Below are positions 1 to 9,671 of a stretch of DNA of 64,000 nucleotides, in pieces. The notes beneath the pieces are model-generated. The model made no database searches and was not told the DNA's origin. It saw nothing but the letters and a program-made list of their open reading frames with translations. The stretch is from a virus. The stretch lies in IMG/VR virus record IMGVR_UViG_3300043122_000207, positions 1 to 64,000 of that record. One strand, given 5' to 3'. The translations under genes were made by a program, and so were the position numbers. The number at the start of each line of letters is the position of its first letter. Positions within the stretch are counted from its first letter, which is position 1.

Positions 1-135
1 TCTTACTGTCATTGTACCTTCAAAAAAATCTTCTTCTTCTAAAAGTGGTATATTAAAATCAATATCAATTGAGGTTGTATCCTCATATTGTGGAACTGAT
101 ATTTCCCCATTGAATTGGGAAACTTCTTCTGCCAT
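1..135 (-). CDS. Partial CDS (5' end; runs off window edge), acidic, probably structural
   Basis: ATG at 135 preceded by AAGGTG RBS; open frame MAEEVSQFNGEISVPQYEDTTSIDIDFNIPLLEEEDFFEGTMTVR to base 1; not in ORF track. Confidence 0.6.
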   Translation of the reverse strand, partial: MAEEVSQFNGEISVPQYEDTTSIDIDFNIPLLEEEDFFEGTMTVR

Positions 136-161
136 TAATCTTCACCTTCTTTCCTATTGTA

Positions 162-3080
162 TTAGGAAACCATAATAGTACCCTCTGTTTTAACATGGAA
201 ATTTGCACCGATCTTTCCTTTACCCATTTCAGTATGAACTGCAACATAAAAGTCTCTTTCATCACCATGGTTCATAACTTCATTTAATTCTATTAAAGTT
301 TTAGGTGTAAAAGAAGAGCCGTCTAAATCTATATACACGTTAGCTGTATCAGGTAAATCACCTTTTAGAGCAGAAATCTTAACTGACTCTAAAGCAGAGC
401 CTGTTTGATTCAAAAGTTTAACTCTTTTTGGATCACTGTTTTGACCTGCTATAATTTGGGGTAATTCTAACTTTTTTAATTCTACACCCTGATCACTCAT
501 ATAATAGTTACCCTCTTCATCTAAGAATAAAAGTCCATTATATTTACCCATAATATCAAAGGACTCTGTAGTTATTTCGTTAAATTCATCTTCAGCTTCT
601 ATGGTTACAGCATTCATTTCACCTAAACGCACATCATCACTTGTCCATTCGGCTCTAAATCCAGCTGGTGTTTCCATCCAATCTGTCCATTCCATAATGG
701 GTGTACCGTTTATTTTAACTCTGTATCTAATATTATCAGAATCAACATCACCAATTTCACCGTGCACATTAAATTCATTATATGAATAATTTATGTTTGG
801 TGCTGTATTGGTTAAAACAATATTGCCAGTATATTCTGATCCAAGCTCACTCCTTTGGTCTCTAACTTCAACTTTGATTTGGTTGGTGCCTTCTTCGAAA
901 TATGATTTATCATATGCTCTAAAGAAGGAAGAATAGTTATCTTTAGTTGTCCAAGGGTCAACTTCGGTAAAAAATCTTTCACTTTTAAATATTTCTAATT
1001 CGTCTATTGCTGTATATGAAGAACCATCATTCCCTGATATATTTATTCTATAATATGTGTATTCGGACGGGTTATCAATGGTATATTCTCTTCTTTCACC
1101 GGCACTCCAACCAGTTTCATCTGATATGGTATCTAAAACATCCCAATTCACACCATCATCGGAACCTTCAAAGGTCCAATCTTTGGGTGCCGCTATAGTG
1201 CCAACACCTCTAGAGGTTACAGAATACTTGGTCATTTTTTGTGGTGTATCTAATTGAATTTGTAACCATCCAGAAACTGTACCACTCGATGTTATCCAGG
1301 CATCATATGTGTCTGTGTTGGAATCATTAAAAGCTTTCCAAGCAGGATAATTTGCATTATATTCGCTACTTGCACTAATAGTACCCTCTGGGGTTGTGTA
1401 ACCTGATGCTGTTGATATAAAGTCATTGGTTTCTGTTGTGATGTCGTTGACTTTAGATATTAAAACCCTGTAATCAATTGTGTCACCTTCAAGGTCAACC
1501 AATTCACCAGTGACCTCTACATGGTTATTATGGATCTCATCTGGTGTGATATTGAAGTTATTTATAACAGGTCCTTGGTTTGGTTTAAATGTTGTTTCAA
1601 AAGAAGATACAGAGGGTAAGTTATCAGGATTATCGGATTCTAGATTTATTTTGTAATAGAAATCAAATTTATAAATACTATCTCCTACCCAATTTCTAAA
1701 CTGTGTTTCTGTTATACCTTCTAATTCAGATTGACTCATTTCATAATTTTCTTCAAACTGACCTGTTGTGGAATTAAAACCCCACCAAGTTTCGTTGTCT
1801 GTGGATACTTGATAAGTTATTTTTGAATAAGCGTTATAAGTCATCTCTAATTCTAAAGGGTCAGTAGAATCTGTCCAAGTAGAAATAGCAACTGGTTGTG
1901 GTAACCAATTAATTGGTTTATTTTCTTCCACAGTTAAGTCGACTAGGATTTCTTGAGTTGTTTCATCTGTGATACCATCTGTCCAGGTTATGATTTCAAA
2001 TTGATCTGGTAGAAGATCCCAATCGCTTTCTGTTAAGTCTTTAAGTTTCACACCGTGTGTTTCAAAATCAGAAAGCGTTAAAGGTTCTGATAAACCAGTA
2101 TCGACTAATGAATTATCATCTATTGTGTATAGTGTTCCATTATCGTTAAATAGTGAATACAATTGAAAAATAATAAATTGCCAAAAACCAGATGATGTTG
2201 GTGTATTTGTGATGACATTATAATTGTCATATCCCCATGATACTAAAGTACCATCTGATTTTAATGCTAGTGAATGGTAAGCACCACAGGCAACTTGCAC
2301 AAAATCATTATCTGTCGGTGTATCACTGACCAATGAATACCCATCGCTACCCCATGACACTAGAGTACCGTCCGATTTTAATGCTATCATATGCCCCCCA
2401 CCACATGCCACCTGTATGAAATTGTCATCTGTTGGTGTATTGCTAACTTGTCCGTTACCATCATCACCCCAACTCACTATTGTGCCGTCCGATTTCAATG
2501 CTGATGAATTACTACCACCACATGAAACCTGTACAAAATCATTTCCTGATGGTGTATCACTAACTTGTGAATGATTATCTCTACCCCAACTTATTAATGT
2601 GCCGTCCGATTTCAATGCTGATGAATTACTACCACCACATGAAACCTGTACAAAATCATTTCCTGATGGTGTATCACTAACTTGTGAATGATTATCTCTA
2701 CCCCAACTTATTAATGTGCCGTCCGATTTCAATGCTGATGAATGGTAATTACCGCACGCTACTTGTATATATCCGTTATCCGTCGGTATATCGGATGTCT
2801 GACCATAGTTATCACCACCCCAACCAAATAATGTTCCATCTTCTTTTAAAGTTAAAGTCCGAAATTGTGCTGCGTCCACTTGGACATAACCACTATCAGT
2901 TGGTGAGTCTGTGACCTGTGAACCACCACCGTTATTACCCCAAGTTGTCAATGTTTTGTCGGATAATAAAACAGTAGAATGGGCCCATCCACCCGATATA
3001 ACCAAAGGCCTCTCCCATGGTGATATATGTGGTGCTGTTGGATCGTAAACTCTATCTGTTATATTTGATTCTAAAGGCAT
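162..3080 (-). CDS. RCC1-repeat + F5/8 type C (discoidin-like) virion/tail-associated protein
   Basis: About 7 RCC1-like repeats (VQVACGxxHSxALKSDGTLxSWG) in N-terminal 300 aa; carbohydrate-binding-like module (WLQIQL...YSVTSR...APKDWTFEGSDDG.NW.VLD...YYRINI...ELEIF); GAGG RBS. Confidence 0.8.
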   Translation of the reverse strand: MPLESNITDRVYDPTAPHISPWERPLVISGGWAHSTVLLSDKTLTTWGNNGGGSQVTDSPTDSGYVQVDAAQFRTLTLKEDGTLFGWGGDNYGQTSDIPTDNGYIQVACGNYHSSALKSDGTLISWGRDNHSQVSDTPSGNDFVQVSCGGSNSSALKSDGTLISWGRDNHSQVSDTPSGNDFVQVSCGGSNSSALKSDGTIVSWGDDGNGQVSNTPTDDNFIQVACGGGHMIALKSDGTLVSWGSDGYSLVSDTPTDNDFVQVACGAYHSLALKSDGTLVSWGYDNYNVITNTPTSSGFWQFIIFQLYSLFNDNGTLYTIDDNSLVDTGLSEPLTLSDFETHGVKLKDLTESDWDLLPDQFEIITWTDGITDETTQEILVDLTVEENKPINWLPQPVAISTWTDSTDPLELEMTYNAYSKITYQVSTDNETWWGFNSTTGQFEENYEMSQSELEGITETQFRNWVGDSIYKFDFYYKINLESDNPDNLPSVSSFETTFKPNQGPVINNFNITPDEIHNNHVEVTGELVDLEGDTIDYRVLISKVNDITTETNDFISTASGYTTPEGTISASSEYNANYPAWKAFNDSNTDTYDAWITSSGTVSGWLQIQLDTPQKMTKYSVTSRGVGTIAAPKDWTFEGSDDGVNWDVLDTISDETGWSAGERREYTIDNPSEYTYYRINISGNDGSSYTAIDELEIFKSERFFTEVDPWTTKDNYSSFFRAYDKSYFEEGTNQIKVEVRDQRSELGSEYTGNIVLTNTAPNINYSYNEFNVHGEIGDVDSDNIRYRVKINGTPIMEWTDWMETPAGFRAEWTSDDVRLGEMNAVTIEAEDEFNEITTESFDIMGKYNGLLFLDEEGNYYMSDQGVELKKLELPQIIAGQNSDPKRVKLLNQTGSALESVKISALKGDLPDTANVYIDLDGSSFTPKTLIELNEVMNHGDERDFYVAVHTEMGKGKIGANFHVKTEGTIMVS
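2481..2743. repeat. Exact 117-bp tandem duplication (2 full copies + 29 nt) encoding RCC1 repeats
   Basis: Unit starting tgtgccgtccgatttcaatgctgatgaat at 2481, 2598 and 2715; first two units identical. Confidence 0.95.
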
Positions 3081-3105
3081 TATTTAAAACCTCCTCTATT
3101 ATTAA

Positions 3106-3627
3106 TTATTTATTCTGTTTTTGTCCGTTTGTTAAATTCATTGAGATTACATTTTGCTCGTTTAATTTTTCAGTTTCAATTTTAATATTTTTTGTCTGTC
3201 CATTTATATTTAAACTAAAAACATTTGTCTTTTTTATAGGTACAAATTTAAATCTTAATTTTATTTTCTGTTCCATCATATCTACCCAGAAAAGTAACTC
3301 GATACTATTTCCATTTTCATCTCTTTCTTTCCAACCTGTATAGTATCCTATTATGTAATCTTTACCTTTCCAGCCACTTACCTTTTCTTTAAAGTTTATA
3401 ATATCTTTACTTAAACCTAACTGTCGACCATTAAAAGAAAACATAAATTCACTTTCGTTTACCTTGCATACCCCTGTATCAGTAAAGTGGGTGAACTTTG
3501 ATCTATCACCTTTTAAGATGAATTCTTCTACTCTATATTTTTCTATATCTTCAAAATCTTTTTCTGTTTCTTTTAATACTTCGCCATTTTTATAAACTGC
3601 TATCCAGTCCATCAATCTTTTAGCCAA
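3106..3627 (-). CDS. Hypothetical protein
   Basis: 173-aa ORF co-oriented in tight operon; likely start MDWIAV; no recognisable motif. Confidence 0.6.
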   Translation of the reverse strand: MAKRLMDWIAVYKNGEVLKETEKDFEDIEKYRVEEFILKGDRSKFTHFTDTGVCKVNESEFMFSFNGRQLGLSKDIINFKEKVSGWKGKDYIIGYYTGWKERDENGNSIELLFWVDMMEQKIKLRFKFVPIKKTNVFSLNINGQTKNIKIETEKLNEQNVISMNLTNGQKQNK

Positions 3628-3665
3628 TTCTAAAACCCCCTAATTTGACTTCTTTAAATTATATA

Positions 3666-3695
3666 GCTGTAGCCAACCATAAGATCGGCTACAGC
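3666..3695. terminator. Intergenic hairpin, putative terminator
   Basis: gctgtagcc-N12-ggctacagc inverted repeat between 3707 and 3627 genes. Confidence 0.55.
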
Positions 3696-3706
3696 ATAAT
3701 ATGTTT

Positions 3707-4627
3707 TTAAGTATAGAAATATCTTACTGCAACTTTAAATGGTTTTGGTCCATGTGTTGCACCATATGGTACTTGTACCTGAAGTGTAACATCTGAAAAG
3801 TTTTCTAAAGCTGTTTCGTCACCAACATTGGCTAAACCAGAAATTTGGTTATCTGTAAGTTCAGAAGATCCAATAGGTAATTCAAAAGAATCATTCAATT
3901 CTTGTAAAGAAGTATCACCTAACGAATCACATTGAGCATATACCCAACCTGCTGTTACAACTTCCTGTAGTTTTGCACCATTTTCATCCAACACAAATAA
4001 AGAACAATCCTGCATTGCACTTGCTGGTTCAACATCAGCAGATACTAAATAATCAGTTGCATCTGGCATAGAGCCTGTAGAAAGTGGTGTTACACTACCT
4101 GCAACATAATCGATTGTGTAATCTGTGTCTTTAACATAGATATCTTCATAGTTGAAATCTAGTGTATGTGTTGCAACACCATCAACTGTTAAAGATGTCC
4201 CTGTTGGGAATGTGATTGTGTTAGCTGTATAGTCAATAACATAATCAGTTCCAGCTGTTGCACCAGAGATTGCAGCGTTACCATCGTCAATAATGTTTTC
4301 ATTGATATCAATAGCAACATCAAGTGTATCTGGCACAAAATCTTGTGTGGTGTTTAGAGGTAAAGATTTAACTACTTCTGTTCCTTCTGCAAGTTTGGTT
4401 TCACCTACATCGTTAGCTGCATCTAATGTAGCAGTTAACTGTACATCTGTTATAGAATCTACCCCACCTCTGTTATTCCAAATTCTTAAATTTAGTTCAT
4501 CTGAATTCTCCTGGGCTTTAATCTCTCCAAGATCCCAAGGATTGGATTTTAAATCAACATCTGCTGGCACACCTGTATCTGGATCAGGGGTCACATCATA
4601 AAAACTTACCTGAGGTACTTTAGACAT
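3707..4627 (-). CDS. Putative virion structural protein with beta-rich module shared with baseplate protein
   Basis: Acidic beta-rich 306 aa; ~75-aa segment (TQDFVPDT...GTDYVIDY..NTITFPTGTSLTVDG) closely matches an insert in 49126..51897. Confidence 0.6.
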   Translation of the reverse strand: MSKVPQVSFYDVTPDPDTGVPADVDLKSNPWDLGEIKAQENSDELNLRIWNNRGGVDSITDVQLTATLDAANDVGETKLAEGTEVVKSLPLNTTQDFVPDTLDVAIDINENIIDDGNAAISGATAGTDYVIDYTANTITFPTGTSLTVDGVATHTLDFNYEDIYVKDTDYTIDYVAGSVTPLSTGSMPDATDYLVSADVEPASAMQDCSLFVLDENGAKLQEVVTAGWVYAQCDSLGDTSLQELNDSFELPIGSSELTDNQISGLANVGDETALENFSDVTLQVQVPYGATHGPKPFKVAVRYFYT

Positions 4628-4649
4628 TAAATATCATTCCTTTCTCTTA

Positions 4650-5054
4650 TTATTTTTGATTTACATTAAGTTGTGCTATAATACTCATTGTGGTGACATT
4701 ATCAAAGTCGCCGCTGACTAATGTAATTCTTAACTTATCGTTTACGATATTAAAATTGGTCGGAAATTCTTTATGTTCTTCACCAGTCTGTAAATCAAAA
4801 CTATCCAAAATAACCCAATCATCTGTGTTAGATAATTTCTCTAAATTGATTATTAGGTTAGATTGATTGTCTGACTGGCTACCAATAGATATCAATAGAT
4901 TGTTTATTGTTCCTTCATACGGAACTTTAATTTCTGTGAATGTTTGGGGACCTTGTTTTAAATTTTCCCCCAACATAAATACTATATCTTTGGTTTCACT
5001 TTTGTTGGGGTTTTTATTAAGTTTAGACCACCCATTAGCAAATCCATTAGGCAT
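4650..5054 (-). CDS. Small structural protein, single copy of domain duplicated at C-terminus of 5591..7594
   Basis: DIVFMLG..L.QGPQ..TEI.VPY...W.ILD.F.L...RI.LVSGD..NV..M pattern shared. Confidence 0.65.
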   Translation of the reverse strand: MPNGFANGWSKLNKNPNKSETKDIVFMLGENLKQGPQTFTEIKVPYEGTINNLLISIGSQSDNQSNLIINLEKLSNTDDWVILDSFDLQTGEEHKEFPTNFNIVNDKLRITLVSGDFDNVTTMSIIAQLNVNQK

Positions 5055-5061
5055 TTATAAT

Positions 5062-5571
5062 CTACCCCCTAACCACAAGTCTATAAGGACCACTAGCTGT
5101 GATATTAAAAGAAGAGAAATCTTCAAATAAATCAGAGAAACTCTCTCCAGTATCAACTTTAATGCTGATATCATTGACACTCATGGTTAAAGATTGATCA
5201 CCATCATTGATTATTGAAATTGATTTTCCTATCTTTTGTAGAGTGTACGATTTATTTCCTGTGTGTTCATCAGCCAAAATAACCTTTGGGTTGTTTATTT
5301 CAGTCTGCACATCAGGGATTGATACATTTATACTATCTTCACCAGATGCATAAAGAAACCTTTTGTTTATAAAGAAATTCTTTTCTGGATTATAGCAAAA
5401 GGTTTTAGCTTTAATATCTGCTGGTATTGTCAAACCATTGTATATATTAAATGAATCTTTATCGGGTAATTTTATAGTACCATCTATTAATATATCACCA
5501 TCTACTTCTGTTGCTGTTGAGCAAATTCTGATTATAACGTCTGAGCCTTTTTCTGTTATGATACTAGCCAT
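5062..5571 (-). CDS. Hypothetical protein (structural cluster)
   Basis: 169-aa ORF with GGAGG RBS in minus-strand operon. Confidence 0.6.
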   Translation of the reverse strand: MASIITEKGSDVIIRICSTATEVDGDILIDGTIKLPDKDSFNIYNGLTIPADIKAKTFCYNPEKNFFINKRFLYASGEDSINVSIPDVQTEINNPKVILADEHTGNKSYTLQKIGKSISIINDGDQSLTMSVNDISIKVDTGESFSDLFEDFSSFNITASGPYRLVVRG

Positions 5572-5590
5572 ATTTTATCCCTCCTTTTTA

Positions 5591-7594
5591 TTATGTTCTG
5601 GGTTGATTACTTAATCTCAACATAACCGACATGTTTGAAACATTTTCGACATCACCACTGAATAACGATACCCTTAAAGTGGGGTTGTCTATTTCTATAT
5701 TGACAAATTTTTTAGCCGAATTACTACCTGATGGTATAGTTATATTGTCGAGTATATACCATCCATTTGCTGTTTCATCATAGTATTCTATAAATAAACC
5801 TATGTCTTCTGTATTGGATGAACTCTGACCTTTATTTGCTATTATGGTATTTATATATTTTTGATATGGCACATATATCTCTGTTTTTTCTTGTGGACCA
5901 AGTATTAAGGATGTACCCAACATAAACACAACATCTCTATCACCCTCTATAACCGTGGCTGATTCTAACTTGAGGATTACGTTCATATTAGAAACATTTT
6001 CATAATCACCACTCACTAATGATATCCTGAATATATCGTTATCTATTTCTTCTAAAACATCGTATGTCACATTGTTCTCATCAACCTGTAATTCAAATGT
6101 TTTCAATACATCCCAATTACCGGTGTTTTCATTTAAAATATCCAATGAAAATATCAAGTTAGATGAGTTTGTTGAACTTACACCTTTATTGACAGTTAAT
6201 GTTTTAATTTCTGCATCATAAGGTAACATCATTTCTGTGTGACTTTGTGGTCCAGTTATTAGTTCACCACCCAAAGAAAAAACCGCATCTTTAGTGAAGA
6301 TTGCTCCTACACCACCCGATGCCGTAGAGTTTATGGTTATTTCTCTAGTTGTGGGGTCCATTTCAAATTCTATATTGTTACCTGGTGAAAGATAATCTAT
6401 TAGGTTACTATTTAATGTTTCGATATTTTCTATGGTTACAATCCCCGATGGTTCGTCATATGAGAGATTTATATTGTTCCCAGCCCCAAGATAATCGATT
6501 AACCTATCTTTTTCTAAAAGTTCACTTGCATCAATAGTTAGTGACTCTGTTTCTGGATCATATATCAAATTGATATTATCTGATGAATTGAATGCAGAGT
6601 CCAGCTGACCCCTTTTTAATAGGTTACCATTTGTATCGATTGTGATTTCTTCTATTTCTGGGTCGTAACTTATGTCAATATCATCTCCGCCTTTGAAATG
6701 ATCTATGATTCTATTTTTTAATAAAAGATCACTTGCATCAATAGTTAAGATCCCAGTTTCTGGATCATACTCAAGATTTATATTGTCAGATGAATCAAAA
6801 AAATTATTTATTTCATTCTTTCTTAATAGATCTGGTGCACCTATGGTGATCTCGCCTGTTTCTGTATCCTCTGATAACGTTATGTTTTCACCTTGATTAA
6901 TAAGTTCATTTATACGTGAACTCATTATTTCGAAAACATCCTTTATATTATCAAATTTTATTTCTCCAGTATCTGGATCATAAGTTATAGAGATGTCGTC
7001 ACCAGCAATGAGTTTATCATTGATCAAACTCGATATATGATCACCCGTTAATGAACTTTCTATACTTATAGTGTTTGTGGTTTCATCTAAGGTTACACTA
7101 ACCATATCATCGGTATCTATCACATTACCAATGAGTGAGACTATATCTTCATCGGTTCTCTCATTTCTTATTACTATCTGATCATTGGTATCATCATAGG
7201 TTATGTTGATATTGTCTGTGCCTTTGAGTGTAGGTCCTATTAAATCTTGTATCTGCTGGGTGGATATTGGTTTGCCAGTTATGGTTATCTTATTGGTTGC
7301 AGAATCAAAATCAACCAATATATTGTCACCGGCAACTAGAGTCTCAGAAAGTGCTTCGCCTAATTCTCCACCACCAACACCTGCTCTCTGCCAAGTATCC
7401 TTAGCTGTATCTTTTTTCTGCCAAAGAGCTTTTGTATTATGTTCCATTAAAAATGTACCAGGTGGGGAATTATTTACTTTTGGGTCAGAGGATAGATTTG
7501 GGTCCCCTGTATATTGAGACCCATGTAGTAAAACTATTCTCTTTGGTAATTCTGTATTAATAAAGTTTATAAAACGTTCTAAATCAATAGGCAT
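5591..7594 (-). CDS. Repeat-containing tail fibre/appendage-like protein
   Basis: Many copies of DNINLxYDxxTGxITI spaced ~35-40 aa apart, then two tandem ~120-aa C-terminal domains; GGAGG RBS. Confidence 0.65.
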   Translation of the reverse strand: MPIDLERFINFINTELPKRIVLLHGSQYTGDPNLSSDPKVNNSPPGTFLMEHNTKALWQKKDTAKDTWQRAGVGGGELGEALSETLVAGDNILVDFDSATNKITITGKPISTQQIQDLIGPTLKGTDNINITYDDTNDQIVIRNERTDEDIVSLIGNVIDTDDMVSVTLDETTNTISIESSLTGDHISSLINDKLIAGDDISITYDPDTGEIKFDNIKDVFEIMSSRINELINQGENITLSEDTETGEITIGAPDLLRKNEINNFFDSSDNINLEYDPETGILTIDASDLLLKNRIIDHFKGGDDIDISYDPEIEEITIDTNGNLLKRGQLDSAFNSSDNINLIYDPETESLTIDASELLEKDRLIDYLGAGNNINLSYDEPSGIVTIENIETLNSNLIDYLSPGNNIEFEMDPTTREITINSTASGGVGAIFTKDAVFSLGGELITGPQSHTEMMLPYDAEIKTLTVNKGVSSTNSSNLIFSLDILNENTGNWDVLKTFELQVDENNVTYDVLEEIDNDIFRISLVSGDYENVSNMNVILKLESATVIEGDRDVVFMLGTSLILGPQEKTEIYVPYQKYINTIIANKGQSSSNTEDIGLFIEYYDETANGWYILDNITIPSGSNSAKKFVNIEIDNPTLRVSLFSGDVENVSNMSVMLRLSNQPRT

Positions 7595-7617
7595 TTAATT
7601 TTATACCTCCTTTATCA

Positions 7618-7844
7618 TGTAGATTTTACTTGTACATTTAAACTAGTTATATCTAAATCAGTGTTCACTTCCTTCTCATAAACTGTACCTTATTATTATT
7701 ATTTACTAAAGTTATAGCTTTACTTATCGTTGATATGGGATTACTCTCACTACCATCACCATTTGTATCATCACCATTTACTGCATCCACATAAATTATA
7801 TTGTCATAAGTTAATTCTTCTTTATTTATCTTTATAGTTGGCAT
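7618..7844 (-). pseudogene. Internally deleted remnant of a paralog of 43679..45511
   Basis: AGAGGTG RBS + MPTIKINKEELTYDNIIYVDAVNGDDTNGDGSESNP (matches N-terminus of the 610-aa ORF) joined out of frame to GTVYEKEVNTDLDITSLNVQVKST* (matches its C-terminus); in-frame stop at 7670-7668. Confidence 0.85.
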
Positions 7845-7862
7845 TTTTTAAATCACCTCTTC

Positions 7863-9254
7863 CTATGTTAATTGAATTCCACCTGAAGTGCCATATGTCT
7901 CTTCTGGTATAATATAAATATCTTCAGGTATATTTGAAATCACACTATCATTTACTAGATCACCATTTATAGGTATTAGTTTATCTTCCTTTGTGACACC
8001 TATCATTATATCACTTATATTTTTTATAACAGATTTGAAAGTGTAACCTGTATGGATATATTCACCTTCATATGTGTTGCCGATTGGATTACTACCACCC
8101 CATAAAAATAGTTTATCAGAATTATCTATAGCTAAAGATATCCCACTCCAAGTTGATGTGAATGCTTTTTTCCAATTAGAATTCCTGGGTGTGTAATCCA
8201 ATGTTTCACCACCACCATATCCACTAAACCACAAATTGATATACCCTTCTTTGGTTACATAATAACCATAACTAGAAGAAGCAAAATCATAATTGGTTAT
8301 ATTGTTGGTCAAAGGTATGGTTTCTAAAACTGTAGCTTTTCCATCTTCTCCCCACCCCATAATTGAACCATCTTCTTTTTGTGCTATTGCAGAAGAATGA
8401 CTTGTTTTGATGTCCACATAGTTATTACCAACTGGTAAATCACTCACGATACCATGTTCGTCATCCCCCCAACTTACAAGAGAACCATCTTCTTTTAGCC
8501 CAACGAAAAAACCGTCACCTGATTCTATTTTCACAAAATCGTTATCAGAGGGGGTATCACTTATTTGATCATTATCATTGTACAATGACCAACATTCTAC
8601 AGTACCATTTTCTCTTAAAGCCGACGCATTCATATTTTTAGCAGATACGTGGATAAAATCATTACCTTCTGGTACGAAATAAAACTCCGGGAGTGTATCA
8701 ACATCTTCTGGGGGGATTCCATTATCATCTATGAATTGCTGTTTTGTCATACTCATTGGTCCTACACCATCACCCCAACCCTCAATAGAACCGTCACTTT
8801 TAATTCTTATTCCATATGAATTTCCTATATCAAATTTTCTTAATTCTAGGTTTGTGTATTCTAAAAGCAAGTTAGCTCTTGCAAAATAATTTAATTTATT
8901 ATCACCTATACCGTCAGTTTTTACATACAGTTTATCTAAATTGTCGATTGGTATTGTCATTTGTCTTCCAGGTTTTAATATCATAACCTGTTTTTTTGCA
9001 TCACCAATAAATAGATCGTGATCGTTATCTGGGTCAGCCTGTAAGAGTATTTCTCTTGTCATCTTATATGTCGGTGATAATGGTCTGGCAGTAGTGTCAA
9101 CATCTACACTGTCACAGTAGGTGAAATTACTTTCATAATTGGTTTCTTCTACAGTTAATACATTCCATTCTCTTTTTTCGTTATCCCATCTAGCTGGCAA
9201 AGCACGACCTCTTAAATCAGTTGGTAGTTCTTCACCGTTATATTGTAAAGTCAT
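7863..9254 (-). CDS. RCC1-like repeat protein with N-terminal domain paralogous to 9269..9655
   Basis: Degenerate RCC1 repeats (ALRENGTVECW, GLKEDGSLVSWGDD, QKEDGSIMGWG); N-terminal 125 aa align with the upstream ORF. Confidence 0.7.
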   Translation of the reverse strand: MTLQYNGEELPTDLRGRALPARWDNEKREWNVLTVEETNYESNFTYCDSVDVDTTARPLSPTYKMTREILLQADPDNDHDLFIGDAKKQVMILKPGRQMTIPIDNLDKLYVKTDGIGDNKLNYFARANLLLEYTNLELRKFDIGNSYGIRIKSDGSIEGWGDGVGPMSMTKQQFIDDNGIPPEDVDTLPEFYFVPEGNDFIHVSAKNMNASALRENGTVECWSLYNDNDQISDTPSDNDFVKIESGDGFFVGLKEDGSLVSWGDDEHGIVSDLPVGNNYVDIKTSHSSAIAQKEDGSIMGWGEDGKATVLETIPLTNNITNYDFASSSYGYYVTKEGYINLWFSGYGGGETLDYTPRNSNWKKAFTSTWSGISLAIDNSDKLFLWGGSNPIGNTYEGEYIHTGYTFKSVIKNISDIMIGVTKEDKLIPINGDLVNDSVISNIPEDIYIIPEETYGTSGGIQLT

Positions 9255-9268
9255 ATTAAAAGCCTCCT

Positions 9269-9655
9269 TTATAATCTGTTTACTCTAGCCATAATATCTA
9301 AATTTAAATCGACTGATGATTTCTTTTTAAAATAAACCTCACTTAAATCACCTATAGGTATACTAAAAGACATATCTGGTTCTAAAACCATAGTTTGATT
9401 ATTTTTGTTACCTATATAAATATTTTCTTCATTTTCTTTACTTGATTGTACCATAACTTCTGTTACTGGAATAACCGTATCACTTATTGGTTTCTTATCA
9501 AAAGAAACCTCCAATGAGTCAATATATAACCCATTGGAAGCATAATTACTTTCTTCGGTTGATACTATATCCCAATCTTTTTTCTTATTATTATATCTAG
9601 AAGGTATGGCTATTCCACTATCACTTCTTTTAATTAGTTCTCTATTATAAGCCAT
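9269..9655 (-). CDS. Hypothetical structural protein, paralog of N-terminus of 7863..9254
   Basis: IPSRYNNKKKDWDIVSTEESNY vs LPARWDNEKREWNVLTVEETNY; IYIGNKNNQTMVLEP vs LFIGDAKKQVMILKP. Confidence 0.65.
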   Translation of the reverse strand: MAYNRELIKRSDSGIAIPSRYNNKKKDWDIVSTEESNYASNGLYIDSLEVSFDKKPISDTVIPVTEVMVQSSKENEENIYIGNKNNQTMVLEPDMSFSIPIGDLSEVYFKKKSSVDLNLDIMARVNRL

Positions 9656-9671
9656 TTTTATAAACCTCCAT

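Noticed and set aside
2481-3080. Diversity-generating retroelement target/template pair in the RCC1 region
   Set aside because: Repeats are exact or diverge without adenine-specific mismatches, and no reverse transcriptase is present in the window
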